Positions 18,210-27,615 of a stretch of 64,000 nucleotides of DNA are shown one piece after another. The DNA is from Verrucomicrobiia bacterium. GTDB lineage: Bacteria > Verrucomicrobiota > Verrucomicrobiia > CAIQCK01. Numbering within the stretch: the stretch's first letter is position 1; every line of letters starts with the position of its first letter. Location of the stretch: NCBI GenBank assembly GCA_041667205.1, contig JBAYFL010000001.1:258439-322438 (forward strand), read 5' to 3'. The notes beneath the pieces are model-generated. The model made no database searches. It was given only the letters and a program-made list of their open reading frames with translations, and was not told the DNA's origin. The position numbers and the translations under genes were made by a program.

Positions 18210-19076
18210 ATGCGACCGAGGTTCTTTCAATACGCGGGACCGGATGGCATAGATGTTCTTAAGAGTCTTCAATTAAAGGTGTCTGATGCGGATAAGCTGA
18301 ATGACCCGTTTGAACTGATGCCTAGAGTGGATCCCCAACGGATGACCGTTGAGAACCTCATGATCACGCTTCAACAGGAACATTGGATTGATGATGCCTA
18401 CAGCAAAGAAGGAAAGAGGCTTGGGATGAGCCGACGAGAGTATGAGAACTTCTATCTCGGAGGGTTAACAAAACGAGCGGAAGAAAAGGAGTCGGTGCTT
18501 AAGGCAAATGATTGTCAACTCTTCTGGAAGAACTCAGAATCTCTCATAAGAGAGCACTCAAGATTGTTCAGTGAGGAGTTTAAACTCATTTGTGGAACCT
18601 CATCCGAAGATTCCATACTCATGTGGTCACACTATGCGAAAGAGCATAGAGGAATTGTTGTCGAACTCGATCTTACGCAAATGCCTTTTACTCGTTTGCC
18701 TGCCACCGAATTCATGGAAGTAGACTACAAGGATGAGAGGCCCGAATTAACTATTCCCCTCGCTGGGAAGAAACTACTGGAAGAAATGCATCGCCACGCG
18801 AGAACGAAAGCCTCCGCGTGGCACTACGAGAAAGAAATCCGTATCGTGATGCCCTCCAATATGTGCTCTGCAGATCATTTCCTGAAGATCACGAGCGAAT
18901 GTATCAAAGGGGTAATCTTAGGTTGTCGAGCCAATCCTGATTTGGTATCGGAGGCCAAGAAGCAGGCAAGACGGCCGGAATTGTCGCACATCTACCTCAA
19001 ACAAGCAGTTCCGCATCGCGACAAGTTCCAGCTCGATTTCCAACGGTTGGATGCCGCTGCCGACCCCAAGAGCTAA
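18210..19076 (+). CDS. DUF2971-family protein, in a lower-GC islet
   Basis: MRPRFFQYAGPDGIDVLKSLQLKVSDADKLNDPFEL matches the DUF2971 N-terminal signature (aromatic-x-Y…NDPFE). RBS AAGGAG precedes ATG 18210. Local GC is visibly below flanking genes. Confidence 0.55.
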   Translation: MRPRFFQYAGPDGIDVLKSLQLKVSDADKLNDPFELMPRVDPQRMTVENLMITLQQEHWIDDAYSKEGKRLGMSRREYENFYLGGLTKRAEEKESVLKANDCQLFWKNSESLIREHSRLFSEEFKLICGTSSEDSILMWSHYAKEHRGIVVELDLTQMPFTRLPATEFMEVDYKDERPELTIPLAGKKLLEEMHRHARTKASAWHYEKEIRIVMPSNMCSADHFLKITSECIKGVILGCRANPDLVSEAKKQARRPELSHIYLKQAVPHRDKFQLDFQRLDAAADPKS

Positions 19077-19265
19077 GAAGATCAGTTCTTCGGCCTTCTT
19101 CCGCCCGCGCTCTTGCATCCTTCGCTTGTCCACGCGACCGCACCGACACTCCGCGTTCACCTCCAGCGCCGCCGCGACATTGCGGCTTTGCGTGAGATTC
19201 CTTCCTCCCTTGACCGGGCGGGGATTGCTTGCGGGGCGGGATGCCGCTACAGTGCCCGGCTTCTT

Positions 19266-20063
19266 ATGGCTATTATTGCAGATCATCATGTTCACACGAC
19301 GCGGTGCCGGCATGCGACCGGCACGATGGAGGCCTATGTTCAGAGCGCCATCGAGCGCGGGCTGAAGGCCATCGGTTTTGCCGACCACAACCCGCTGCCG
19401 CGCGGCCTCGGCGCCAATGTGCGCATGGAGGAGGCGGAGCTGGACGACTACGTGAAATGTGTGCTGGACCTACGGCGGCAGTATGAGGGGCGGATCGAGG
19501 TGTTGCTGGGGCTGGAGATGGATTACGTGGAGGGGCTGGAGAATTACCTCGCGGCGCAGGTGGCCGGCCAGCCGTGGGACTACATCATCGGCTCGATCCA
19601 CTATCTGGACGCGGAATGCACGCAGATTTCATGGCCGAGGAACTTCACCGGCGAGACGGCGTGGCTCTACTCGCGCTATTTTGAGTTGGTGCGGAAGATG
19701 GTCCGCAGCGGCCTTTGCGACGTGGTCGCGCACTTCGACGTGCCGAAACGTTCCGGCCGCGCGCACACCGAGCACCAGACCGAAGACATCACCCGCACGC
19801 TGAAGGAGATCGTCCGCGCCGGCATCTGTCTGGAGGTGAACACCTCCGGCTATCGTCATCCCGAGCTGCCGCGGCCGGACACGTATCCCACGCGGGCGAT
19901 CATCGCCGAAGCAGTGGCGCTGGGCATTCCGCTGGCGGTGAACTCGGACGCGCACACGCCAGAGGATGTGGGGCTGAAGTTTCCGGAGATGGAGCATCTG
20001 CTGACGCAACTCAACGGCGCGCGGCTGGTCAGTTTCAGGAACCGGCGGCAGGTGGCGGCGTAG
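19266..20063 (+). CDS. PHP-domain histidinol-phosphatase-like protein (HisJ/HisK family)
   Basis: MAIIADHHVHTTRCRHATGTMEAYVQSAIERGLKAIGFADHNP…GSIHY…NSDAHTPEDVG carries the PHP metal-binding motifs. Confidence 0.65.
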   Translation: MAIIADHHVHTTRCRHATGTMEAYVQSAIERGLKAIGFADHNPLPRGLGANVRMEEAELDDYVKCVLDLRRQYEGRIEVLLGLEMDYVEGLENYLAAQVAGQPWDYIIGSIHYLDAECTQISWPRNFTGETAWLYSRYFELVRKMVRSGLCDVVAHFDVPKRSGRAHTEHQTEDITRTLKEIVRAGICLEVNTSGYRHPELPRPDTYPTRAIIAEAVALGIPLAVNSDAHTPEDVGLKFPEMEHLLTQLNGARLVSFRNRRQVAA

Positions 20064-20066
20064 GTT

Positions 20067-23000
20067 TTATTTGCTGCCGCCGAAGAGACCCTTCAGGAGA
20101 TCACCGGCCTTGCCTTTGAGAAGCTCGCCGGCCTTGCCTTTGAGCGCGCCCGCTCCCGCTTCCTTCAACGCTCCGGTCGCAGCCGCGTTGTAGTCCACTT
20201 GTGTGGCGCCGACCCGACCGCGCACAGGAACGGTGACTGCCGCCGGCAGAAACTGGGCCACGGTGGCGTTGGCGTCGCGGATTCGCTTCGGCATGGGCAG
20301 GCCGACCTGCATGTCGAGCGTCTGGTCGAATCGCACCGTGCCCGCGAGCGTCAGCTCCAGCCCGTTGAGATGCATCACGGCCTTGTCCATCCGGAACTCG
20401 CCTCGCTCGATGACGAAGTTCGTCGGCTGGATGTCGCCGACCGCGTCCGTGCCGGGCTGGCCCACGAAGTTGATGATATCAGTCAACATCGGCGAGCCTT
20501 GGATGCGCAGGTTCTTGGCTGAGTAACTTCCCTTGCCTGTCAGCTTGGCGGCGAGCAACTCCGTCAGGTTGGCCGGCGTCGGCAACGGCAGCGGCCCGTC
20601 GTAGGTCACGTCCGCGTCGAGCGAACCAGCTCCTTGAATCGAGCCTTTCTCGACGTTGATGATGGAGTTGAGGAAGCCGAGGGAACGCATCAGGCCCAGG
20701 GTCAGCCCGACATCCTTTGCCGACAACGTCAGGTGCGTGCGCTGGTTCACGTCCACGTCGCCTTTGAGGGTGGTCACGCCGCCGTTGATCTTGCACGTGT
20801 AGTCCAGCGGGAGCCGGCCGCCTTTCATCTCGATGGCGATCGGCGGTCCCTCAACGATCACGTCGGTGTAGGCATAGGTCCCGTAGCCGAGATTGGCGGC
20901 AAGCGAGATGCCGCCCAGCCACGCGAGCGTGTTCGTGCCGGGCGAGAGCGGGCCGGTAAACGCGATGCGCGCGGGTTGCGGTCCCGTGCCGCGGACTTCG
21001 CCGGCGCTGAACGCAATCAGCAGCGGTTTCAGCCGCGCCGCGTCGTAGGTCAGGTCGGCGACGAGGTTCTCGGCGGACAACGGCTGGTTGGCCTGCGAGC
21101 GGATCGTGCCGCTGATGGCGCCGCGCGCGGTTTGTGCGCGCAGTTCGCTGCCCGATGCAATCGAAACCGTGAACCCGTCCTTCGTGTTCGCGAACGTGCC
21201 GGCCAGCTTCACAACCGGTTCCGGCTCGTCAATCGCGATGCCCTTGGTCTGCTGGCCTTTGAAGTGGATGCTCTGCCCGGTCAGCGTGGCGGTGTAGGGA
21301 AACGCGCCGCCGCCGGCCTTGACGTCCGCGGCGACCTTGAGATGGCCCGTCAGCTCGGTGCCGTCAGCGAGCGCGCCGACCGCAACGGCCACAGCGCCCA
21401 GCGTGGTGAGGTCCGCCGCGCCATCGAGGTGGCCGTCCAGCGTGGCGAGCTTGCCCTGAGCGTCGAGCGCGACGTTACCTTGCGCGTCGAGGTTGGCCAG
21501 CGCGGTCTTGAGGCTGGCGCGCGTGATGCGATAGGCGCTGCCCGCTGTGTCGAGGCTGGCCTGCAGGTCGAGCGAAGGCTTGCCGAGACTGATCGGCCCG
21601 CCAGACAGCCGCGGCGGTTTGAGCGTCGTCTCCGGCAGATCGAGCTTCGCCGCAATCTCCGAGCGCGCGCCCAGCACCGCGCCGCGCAGCCGCACGTCGA
21701 ACGGCCCCGGCGCGCTGACGATGGCAACGTCGTTCAGATAACCGGGCACAGCCGCCGCAAGAGTCGCCGGGTCCAGTGAGCCGGCGATTTGCAAATCGGT
21801 CTGGTCGCTCTTCGGGTCGAGCGCGAGTTTGCCTTTCAACGACGTGACGCTGACGCCGGCGACTTGCGCCGTGCCGGAGATGATTTCGACCGGCGTTTTC
21901 ATCGGATCGAGGGCGTTGAGCGTGATGACGGCGTCGCACGCCAGCGATTGCGGCCAGCGGATGGCCTGCGGCGCTTTCGGCCCGGACATCGCGAATTCCT
22001 TCACCTCAGCGTGCAGCTTCTTCACGGCGAACTGAGCGAGCGTGCCATCGGTTTCAAGCTGCGCGGCAATGCTGCCGCGGCCGGTGATGCCGTCGAGCGG
22101 CACGCCCCAGATGCGCGCGAGATTGAACAGCGATTGAATGTCGCCTGCGACGTTTGCGGCCGCCTTCACTTGCGCCGCGCCGAGATCGCCGCCCTTGGGT
22201 GGCATCATGACGGCCGCGGCGGCGGCCAGACCCGCGCCGGGCAGGGAGACGCGCAGTTCCGGCACGTCGTATCGGCCCGCGTCGAGGTCGGCCATGGCGC
22301 GGCCCGTGGCCGTGATCTCCAGCGGCGACTGATTCGCCGGAGCGCCTGCGGGCAAGATTCTGGCCATCGTGCTGAGCGATTTGAACTCGACCTTCTTCCA
22401 GCCGGGGGAGCCGACGCCGGTCATGTCCATCTCGCCGTAAGGAATCTGGATGCCCGACGTTTTGAGGCCGTTGATCTCGACTTGGAGATTCAGCGGCGTG
22501 CCGGCCTGTCCGCTCGTTTCCGGCGGGATGATCAGGTGCGCGTCCACTCGGCCGGCCAGCGGCAGCGTCGGCGGAATCAGGTCGGTGAACCGTCGCGCTT
22601 TGGCCATCAGCGCGTCGAGATCAGCGCCGATGCGCAGGTCCACTTCGAACACGGAGCCGGCGGCCTTCTTTTCAAACCGCAGGCGGCCCTTGGCACTGAG
22701 CGCGTCGTCCACGTGCGCGTCGAGTTCGTCAATGCGGTAGTTGCTTTTCTCGACATCCACCGCGAGCCGCAGCCGCGCCGCGAGGTCTTTCACCAACGGC
22801 ACCAGCGCGCCGCCCGGCCCGACCTCGGCGAGACCTTCGCCGCGGATGTCGAGGTCGCCCGCGATGGCCTTCGCCGACGCCTTGAGGTTCTTGATGCCGC
22901 CGGCGATGCGCCCTTGCAGTTTCCGCTCGGCTGCGATGACGCCGGGAAACCGCTCGCCCAGCGCCGCGATGTCCGCAGTCACCATAATGTCCCCCTCCAG

Positions 23001-24098
23001 CGCCGGCGCTGTAGGATCGGCCGTGGCGACGCCTTTCATCGCGACCGACACGGCCGGCGACGCGAACTGCCAGTCGAGGTCGGTCTGGCGGGCGTCGCGC
23101 GCCTTGAAATCGTAGGCGAACTGGATCGTGCCCGGCCTGAAAGCCTGAACGACGTTGGTCCCGCCGGCGGCGAGTTCGAGCGCGACCTGCGGCAGGTCGA
23201 GCGTGATCCGGCCCTTGCCGGACGGCTTCGCCATGCCGTCGAGCGCAAAATGCCCCGCGCCGGCCAGCGTTCCTTCAAACCTCTTCAGCGGGCCGAACGA
23301 GCCGAGCGCCGGTGTCAACGGCGCGAGCAGCGCGGGCGCGATGGCGTAGTCGAGTTCGGCCTTGAGGTTGGCAATGTCGAGTTTGCCGTCGCGCGCGACG
23401 AGCATGTGTCCCTTCACGTCGAGCGAACCGTCGGCGTTCTTGATGAGAAACGTCACCGGTTTGTCGAGCGTATCCACGCGCGTCTCGATCCGGAGAGGCG
23501 ACAACGCGACGGGTTGCGGCAACGCGGGTGTCTTGACGCTGATGCCGAGGTCTTCGATGAGAAGGCTCGCGATCACGAACGGCGCGGCCAGGGTCATGTC
23601 CGCCGTCGGTTGTTTCTCTGACGGCGCAACCGCAGCCACAACCGCGGTCGGTGCGGTCGGTTTCTGTTCCCTGGCGAGACAGGCGACGTTGAGCCGGCCC
23701 TTGGCATCCTGCTCGATAAGAACCTGCGGCTTTACGACGTGGAGGCTGCCGTTGAGCACGAGCTTGCCGCCCAGCAGCGACAGCAGGCTCGGATCGGCGG
23801 TGACGCGCTCGACGGTGACGCACGGTCCGGCGGAGAACCCCGACGGATTGCCGATGCGGAGGTCCGCAATCTCCAACCCGCTGAACAGCGAGAACGACAA
23901 CCTGCCGATCGTTGGCTCGCCGTTCAGCGAGTCACGCAGCGCGGCGACAACCTTCGGCCGGACGACTGCGTCGGTGATGACCGGCGTGAGCAAGACGAGC
24001 AGGACGAGAACAGCCAGAAGACCACCCAACACCATCAGCCATTTTTTTCCGCGGCGTGGAACGGAACCGGACGATGCGTTATCAACAGGCGTGTTCAT
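20067..24098 (-). CDS. Giant AsmA/TamB-like protein (1343 aa; N-terminal TM anchor, long beta-rich periplasmic region)
   Basis: The N-terminus is KKWLMVLGGLLAVLVLLVLLTPVI. The repetitive Gly/Ala/Leu/Asp-rich beta-strand pattern is typical of AsmA-like/TamB (DUF490-type) proteins. Confidence 0.55.
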   Translation of the reverse strand: MNTPVDNASSGSVPRRGKKWLMVLGGLLAVLVLLVLLTPVITDAVVRPKVVAALRDSLNGEPTIGRLSFSLFSGLEIADLRIGNPSGFSAGPCVTVERVTADPSLLSLLGGKLVLNGSLHVVKPQVLIEQDAKGRLNVACLAREQKPTAPTAVVAAVAPSEKQPTADMTLAAPFVIASLLIEDLGISVKTPALPQPVALSPLRIETRVDTLDKPVTFLIKNADGSLDVKGHMLVARDGKLDIANLKAELDYAIAPALLAPLTPALGSFGPLKRFEGTLAGAGHFALDGMAKPSGKGRITLDLPQVALELAAGGTNVVQAFRPGTIQFAYDFKARDARQTDLDWQFASPAVSVAMKGVATADPTAPALEGDIMVTADIAALGERFPGVIAAERKLQGRIAGGIKNLKASAKAIAGDLDIRGEGLAEVGPGGALVPLVKDLAARLRLAVDVEKSNYRIDELDAHVDDALSAKGRLRFEKKAAGSVFEVDLRIGADLDALMAKARRFTDLIPPTLPLAGRVDAHLIIPPETSGQAGTPLNLQVEINGLKTSGIQIPYGEMDMTGVGSPGWKKVEFKSLSTMARILPAGAPANQSPLEITATGRAMADLDAGRYDVPELRVSLPGAGLAAAAAVMMPPKGGDLGAAQVKAAANVAGDIQSLFNLARIWGVPLDGITGRGSIAAQLETDGTLAQFAVKKLHAEVKEFAMSGPKAPQAIRWPQSLACDAVITLNALDPMKTPVEIISGTAQVAGVSVTSLKGKLALDPKSDQTDLQIAGSLDPATLAAAVPGYLNDVAIVSAPGPFDVRLRGAVLGARSEIAAKLDLPETTLKPPRLSGGPISLGKPSLDLQASLDTAGSAYRITRASLKTALANLDAQGNVALDAQGKLATLDGHLDGAADLTTLGAVAVAVGALADGTELTGHLKVAADVKAGGGAFPYTATLTGQSIHFKGQQTKGIAIDEPEPVVKLAGTFANTKDGFTVSIASGSELRAQTARGAISGTIRSQANQPLSAENLVADLTYDAARLKPLLIAFSAGEVRGTGPQPARIAFTGPLSPGTNTLAWLGGISLAANLGYGTYAYTDVIVEGPPIAIEMKGGRLPLDYTCKINGGVTTLKGDVDVNQRTHLTLSAKDVGLTLGLMRSLGFLNSIINVEKGSIQGAGSLDADVTYDGPLPLPTPANLTELLAAKLTGKGSYSAKNLRIQGSPMLTDIINFVGQPGTDAVGDIQPTNFVIERGEFRMDKAVMHLNGLELTLAGTVRFDQTLDMQVGLPMPKRIRDANATVAQFLPAAVTVPVRGRVGATQVDYNAAATGALKEAGAGALKGKAGELLKGKAGDLLKGLFGGSK

Positions 24099-24269
24099 GA
24101 TGAGAAACCTCCAAGTTCAAACGTGTTATTTGAAACAAGCCTAACTTTGCCCAGTCGAGCGCTAATATCAACTGCCGACTTACAGTGCGCACGCGCATCG
24201 TTCCATCGGGAGAAAATCTTTGACAGGTCTTGAACGGTGGTTATACTGCGGCGAAATTGAGAGGTTATT

Positions 24270-24872
24270 ATGGCTGAAACTCCTTCGACTGGCGACGCCG
24301 CCAAGCAAGAAAAGAAAGACACGGTGCGCATCACATTGCCGCCCCGACCGGTGCCCCCATCGGCCGCCGGCACTGCGCCGGCTGGCACGGCCGGGCCGTC
24401 AAAGCTTGGCACGACAGGGGGCGCAAAGCTTGGCTCCACTGTGGCGGCCATGCCGATCGTGCCGAAGAAGGAAACGTCGCGGTTGAAGAAAACCACCGGC
24501 AGCGTTCCCGGCGCCACCAGGGTGGCCGCGCCCGTTGTGCCGCCGCCCACCGTCCGCGCCCAACCTGTCGGGCAGATTCCGTCCACTGTCGCAGCCGCGC
24601 CGGCTCCTCCCGCGACCGCAGCCTCACCGGCGGCCATGCCCTCGCCGTCATCTGCATCTACGGCAGTGGCCAAGCCCACGGTCAAGTTGCAGACAGCGGA
24701 CATTCCCAAGATTCCTTCGCCACCTCCCTCGCCCGGTCCGGCTGTCTCATCGCCCGTGCCTGCTCCGGTTGTTTCGAGTGGTCCGACGCTGTTGGACGCC
24801 GCGTTGAGTTTCCTGGTGATGATCGTCTCCGGCATGGCAGTCTGGCTTTTGCTGAAGGCGCATCTGGGCTAG
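24270..24872 (+). CDS. Proline/alanine-rich protein with C-terminal TM anchor
   Basis: RBS GAGAGG precedes the ATG. Low-complexity P/A/S sequence ends in the TM helix LSFLVMIVSGMAVWLLL. Confidence 0.4.
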   Translation: MAETPSTGDAAKQEKKDTVRITLPPRPVPPSAAGTAPAGTAGPSKLGTTGGAKLGSTVAAMPIVPKKETSRLKKTTGSVPGATRVAAPVVPPPTVRAQPVGQIPSTVAAAPAPPATAASPAAMPSPSSASTAVAKPTVKLQTADIPKIPSPPPSPGPAVSSPVPAPVVSSGPTLLDAALSFLVMIVSGMAVWLLLKAHLG

Positions 24873-24939
24873 ACGTGAAGTTTCGCCGAAACGACTCTGC
24901 TTTTCCGGCTCCGGCGTTGCTCAAAAGGACTCTGAATTT

Positions 24940-25269
24940 ATGGCAAGTTCCAACATCACTCAAGTGACCATCGCCAATTTCGACGCCGAGGTGCTGAAAT
25001 CTCCCCTGCCGGTGCTCGTGGATTTCTGGGCGACGTGGTGCGGCCCGTGCAAGATGATCGCCCCGGTGCTCGACGAACTGGCCGTTGAATTCGCCGGCAA
25101 AGCCAAGATCGTCAAGTGCAACGTGGACGACGCCGGCGAGTTGGCCTCACAGTATCGCGTCACGAGCATCCCGGCTTTGATCATGTTCAAGGGCGGCCAG
25201 GTCGTCGCCCAAGCCGTGGGCGCGAAGCCGAAGAAAGAGCTTCAGAAGATCGTCAACGAAAGCCTTTAA
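24940..25269 (+). CDS. trxA: Thioredoxin
   Basis: VLVDFWATWCGPCKMIAPVLDEL is the canonical WCGPC active site. Length is 109 aa. Confidence 0.9.
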   Translation: MASSNITQVTIANFDAEVLKSPLPVLVDFWATWCGPCKMIAPVLDELAVEFAGKAKIVKCNVDDAGELASQYRVTSIPALIMFKGGQVVAQAVGAKPKKELQKIVNESL

Positions 25270-25322
25270 TTGTCCGCCGCACGACGGCGCTTGTCGCTCC
25301 GTGCTCCACAGGAGAATCTGCC

Positions 25323-26159
25323 GTGCGCTACGCCATCTGCAACGAAACCTTCGCGCCAGCCGCGAAGATGCCGTGGGAACCCTGGCCGTTTGAGAAGCAG
25401 TGCCGCTTCGCCGCGCAGCTCGGCTACCACGCGCTGGAACTCGCCCCTTTCACCTTTAGCCGCGACGTCCGCAAAATTTCCGACGACGAACGCAAGAAGA
25501 TGCGCGACACGGCTGCCGCCGCCGGCATCAAGATCATCGGCCTGCACTGGCTGCTGGCGTTCACGGAAGGCTTCCACCTCACCTCGCCCGATCGCGCCGT
25601 GCGCGAGGCCACCGCGCGTTACGCCGAGGCACTCATTGATTTTTGCGCCGACCTCGGCGGCAAGGTGATGGTGTGGGGTTCGCCCAAACAGCGCGACTTG
25701 AAGCCGGGCGTGGAAATCGAGCAGGGCATGGAGTTCGCCGCCGGCGTTTTCCGCTCCATCATGCCGCGCGCCGCCTCGCGCGGCGTGACGATTGCCATCG
25801 AGCCACTGGGCCGCGGGGACACCAACTTCATCAACACCGCCAAGCACGGTCGCCGGCTCGTCAGCATGGTGAACTGCCCGAACTTCATGTTGCACCTCGA
25901 CGTGAAGGCGATGTGCGACGAAGGCCGGCCGATCCCGGACATCATCCGAGAATCGCGCGGCCTCGTCCGGCATTTCCACGCCAACGACCCCAACCTGCGC
26001 GGTCCCAACACCAGCGGCCTCGACCACAAACCGTTTGTTGCCGCGCTGCACGAGATCGGCTACGACGGCTACGTCTCCGTGGAAGTCTTCAAATACGATC
26101 CCGACCCCGAAACCATCGCGCGCCAGGCCATCGAGTATTTGAAGAAGACTTACGTCTGA
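25323..26159 (+). CDS. Sugar phosphate isomerase/epimerase (xylose isomerase-like TIM barrel)
   Basis: VRYAICNETFAP…LGYHALELAPF…GIKIIGLHWLL…IEPLGRGDTNFINT. The GTG start is uncertain (alternative ATG about 25368). The upstream part of track ORF 25116 is Arg-rich junk. Confidence 0.65.
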   Translation: MRYAICNETFAPAAKMPWEPWPFEKQCRFAAQLGYHALELAPFTFSRDVRKISDDERKKMRDTAAAAGIKIIGLHWLLAFTEGFHLTSPDRAVREATARYAEALIDFCADLGGKVMVWGSPKQRDLKPGVEIEQGMEFAAGVFRSIMPRAASRGVTIAIEPLGRGDTNFINTAKHGRRLVSMVNCPNFMLHLDVKAMCDEGRPIPDIIRESRGLVRHFHANDPNLRGPNTSGLDHKPFVAALHEIGYDGYVSVEVFKYDPDPETIARQAIEYLKKTYV

Positions 26160-26325
26160 GCAACTTATGTGGGGTGAGCTTCCAAACTCGCCCGCCAGCG
26201 TTTTGGAGCACGCAGGGCGAGCTTGGAAGCTCACCCCACTTATGCAGGCACCTCAAAAGACTGGTTGCACAAACCGGATGTTTTTTGCATCCACTTTCCG
26301 CCGGCTTCCGCTAAACTCCGCCGCC

Positions 26326-27597
26326 ATGTTCACCAGACTAAAACACTTCGGGATCGCAGCGACCGTTCTTGCAACAACCGCTTTCGCTGGCGAGTGGCCG
26401 TGCTGGCGCGGGCCGCGCGGCGACGGCGCATCCGACGAGAAGAACATCCCCACGCGCTGGAGCAGCGGCACCAACGGCACGCAAAACATCGCGTGGAAGG
26501 TCGCCATCCCCGGCTGTGGCCATTCCTCACCGGTCATTTGGGGCGACCGCGTTTTCGTGACAACCTACGTTCCCGACGGCGAGAAGCGCGCGCTGCTCTG
26601 CCTCGACCGGCGCAGCGGCAAGACACGCTGGGAGAAAACCGTGTTGACCTCGCCGCCGGAGAAGATGAACCGGCTCAACAGCCACGCCAGCGGCACGCCC
26701 GTCACCGACGGCCAGCGCGTCTGGGTCGCGTTCCTACAAACGCCAAACATCGTCGTCGTCTGCTACGACATGGACGGCAAGGAACTCTGGCGCAAGTCGC
26801 CCGGCACGTTCGCCTCCAAGCACGGCTTCTGCAGCTCGCCGGTGCTCTACAAAGACCTCGTCATCCTCAACTGCGACCAGGACGACGTGGCATGGATCGT
26901 GGCGTATGAGAAAAACACGGGCGTCGAGCGTTGGCGCACCGATCGCCCGAAGCGCACGCGTTCCTACTGCACGCCGATCATTGTCGAGGCGGCCGGCAAA
27001 ACGCAGATGGTGCTCAGCGGCAGCATGTGTGTCGCCAGCTATGATCCCGCTACCGGCAAACAGCACTGGCTCATGGACGGCCCGACCGAACAGTTCGTCG
27101 CCAGCCCCGTTTTCGCGGAAGGCATCTTCTTCATCACCGGCGGTTTCCCGGAGCGTCACTTCGTAGGCATCCGGCCGAATGGCACGGGTAACATCAGCCA
27201 GACGCACATCGCGTGGCACGACAAGCTGGACGCGAAGGTGGTTTCCTACGTGCCGTCGCCCGTCGCGTGCGGGCCGTATTTCTTCGTCGTGTCCGATATG
27301 GGCTACGCGAGTTGTTTGGAAGCCAGGACCGGCAAGTGCCTCTGGCGCGAACGACTCGGCCGTCATCACTGGCCCTCGCCCGTCCGCGCCGGCGAGCTGC
27401 TTTACTTCCTCGACGACGACAGCAACACCTACGTCGTCAAAGCCGCTCCGAAGTTTGAACTGGTCGCCACAAACCCGCTCGGCGAAGCCAAGGATTCCTG
27501 CTTCGCCTCCCCCGCCATCAGCCGCGGCCAGCTCTTCATCCGCACGTTAGGAAACCTTTACTGCATTGGTAATCCGGGTCCACAATCTCGACATTGA
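26326..27597 (+). CDS. PQQ-like beta-propeller repeat protein (BamB-like), with signal peptide
   Basis: The signal is MFTRLKHFGIAATVLATTAFAGEWPCWRG. Repeated motifs DG…LW include KTRWEK, KELWRK, GVERWR, GKQHWL and GKCLWRERL. Confidence 0.7.
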   Translation: MFTRLKHFGIAATVLATTAFAGEWPCWRGPRGDGASDEKNIPTRWSSGTNGTQNIAWKVAIPGCGHSSPVIWGDRVFVTTYVPDGEKRALLCLDRRSGKTRWEKTVLTSPPEKMNRLNSHASGTPVTDGQRVWVAFLQTPNIVVVCYDMDGKELWRKSPGTFASKHGFCSSPVLYKDLVILNCDQDDVAWIVAYEKNTGVERWRTDRPKRTRSYCTPIIVEAAGKTQMVLSGSMCVASYDPATGKQHWLMDGPTEQFVASPVFAEGIFFITGGFPERHFVGIRPNGTGNISQTHIAWHDKLDAKVVSYVPSPVACGPYFFVVSDMGYASCLEARTGKCLWRERLGRHHWPSPVRAGELLYFLDDDSNTYVVKAAPKFELVATNPLGEAKDSCFASPAISRGQLFIRTLGNLYCIGNPGPQSRH

Positions 27598-27615
27598 CGC
27601 GAGCGAGCTGAGTGA

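Noticed and set aside
21789-23621. 610-aa and 381-aa plus-strand ORFs inside the TamB-like gene
   Set aside because: They are Arg/Gly/Asp-rich antisense artefacts of the 1343-aa minus-strand gene.
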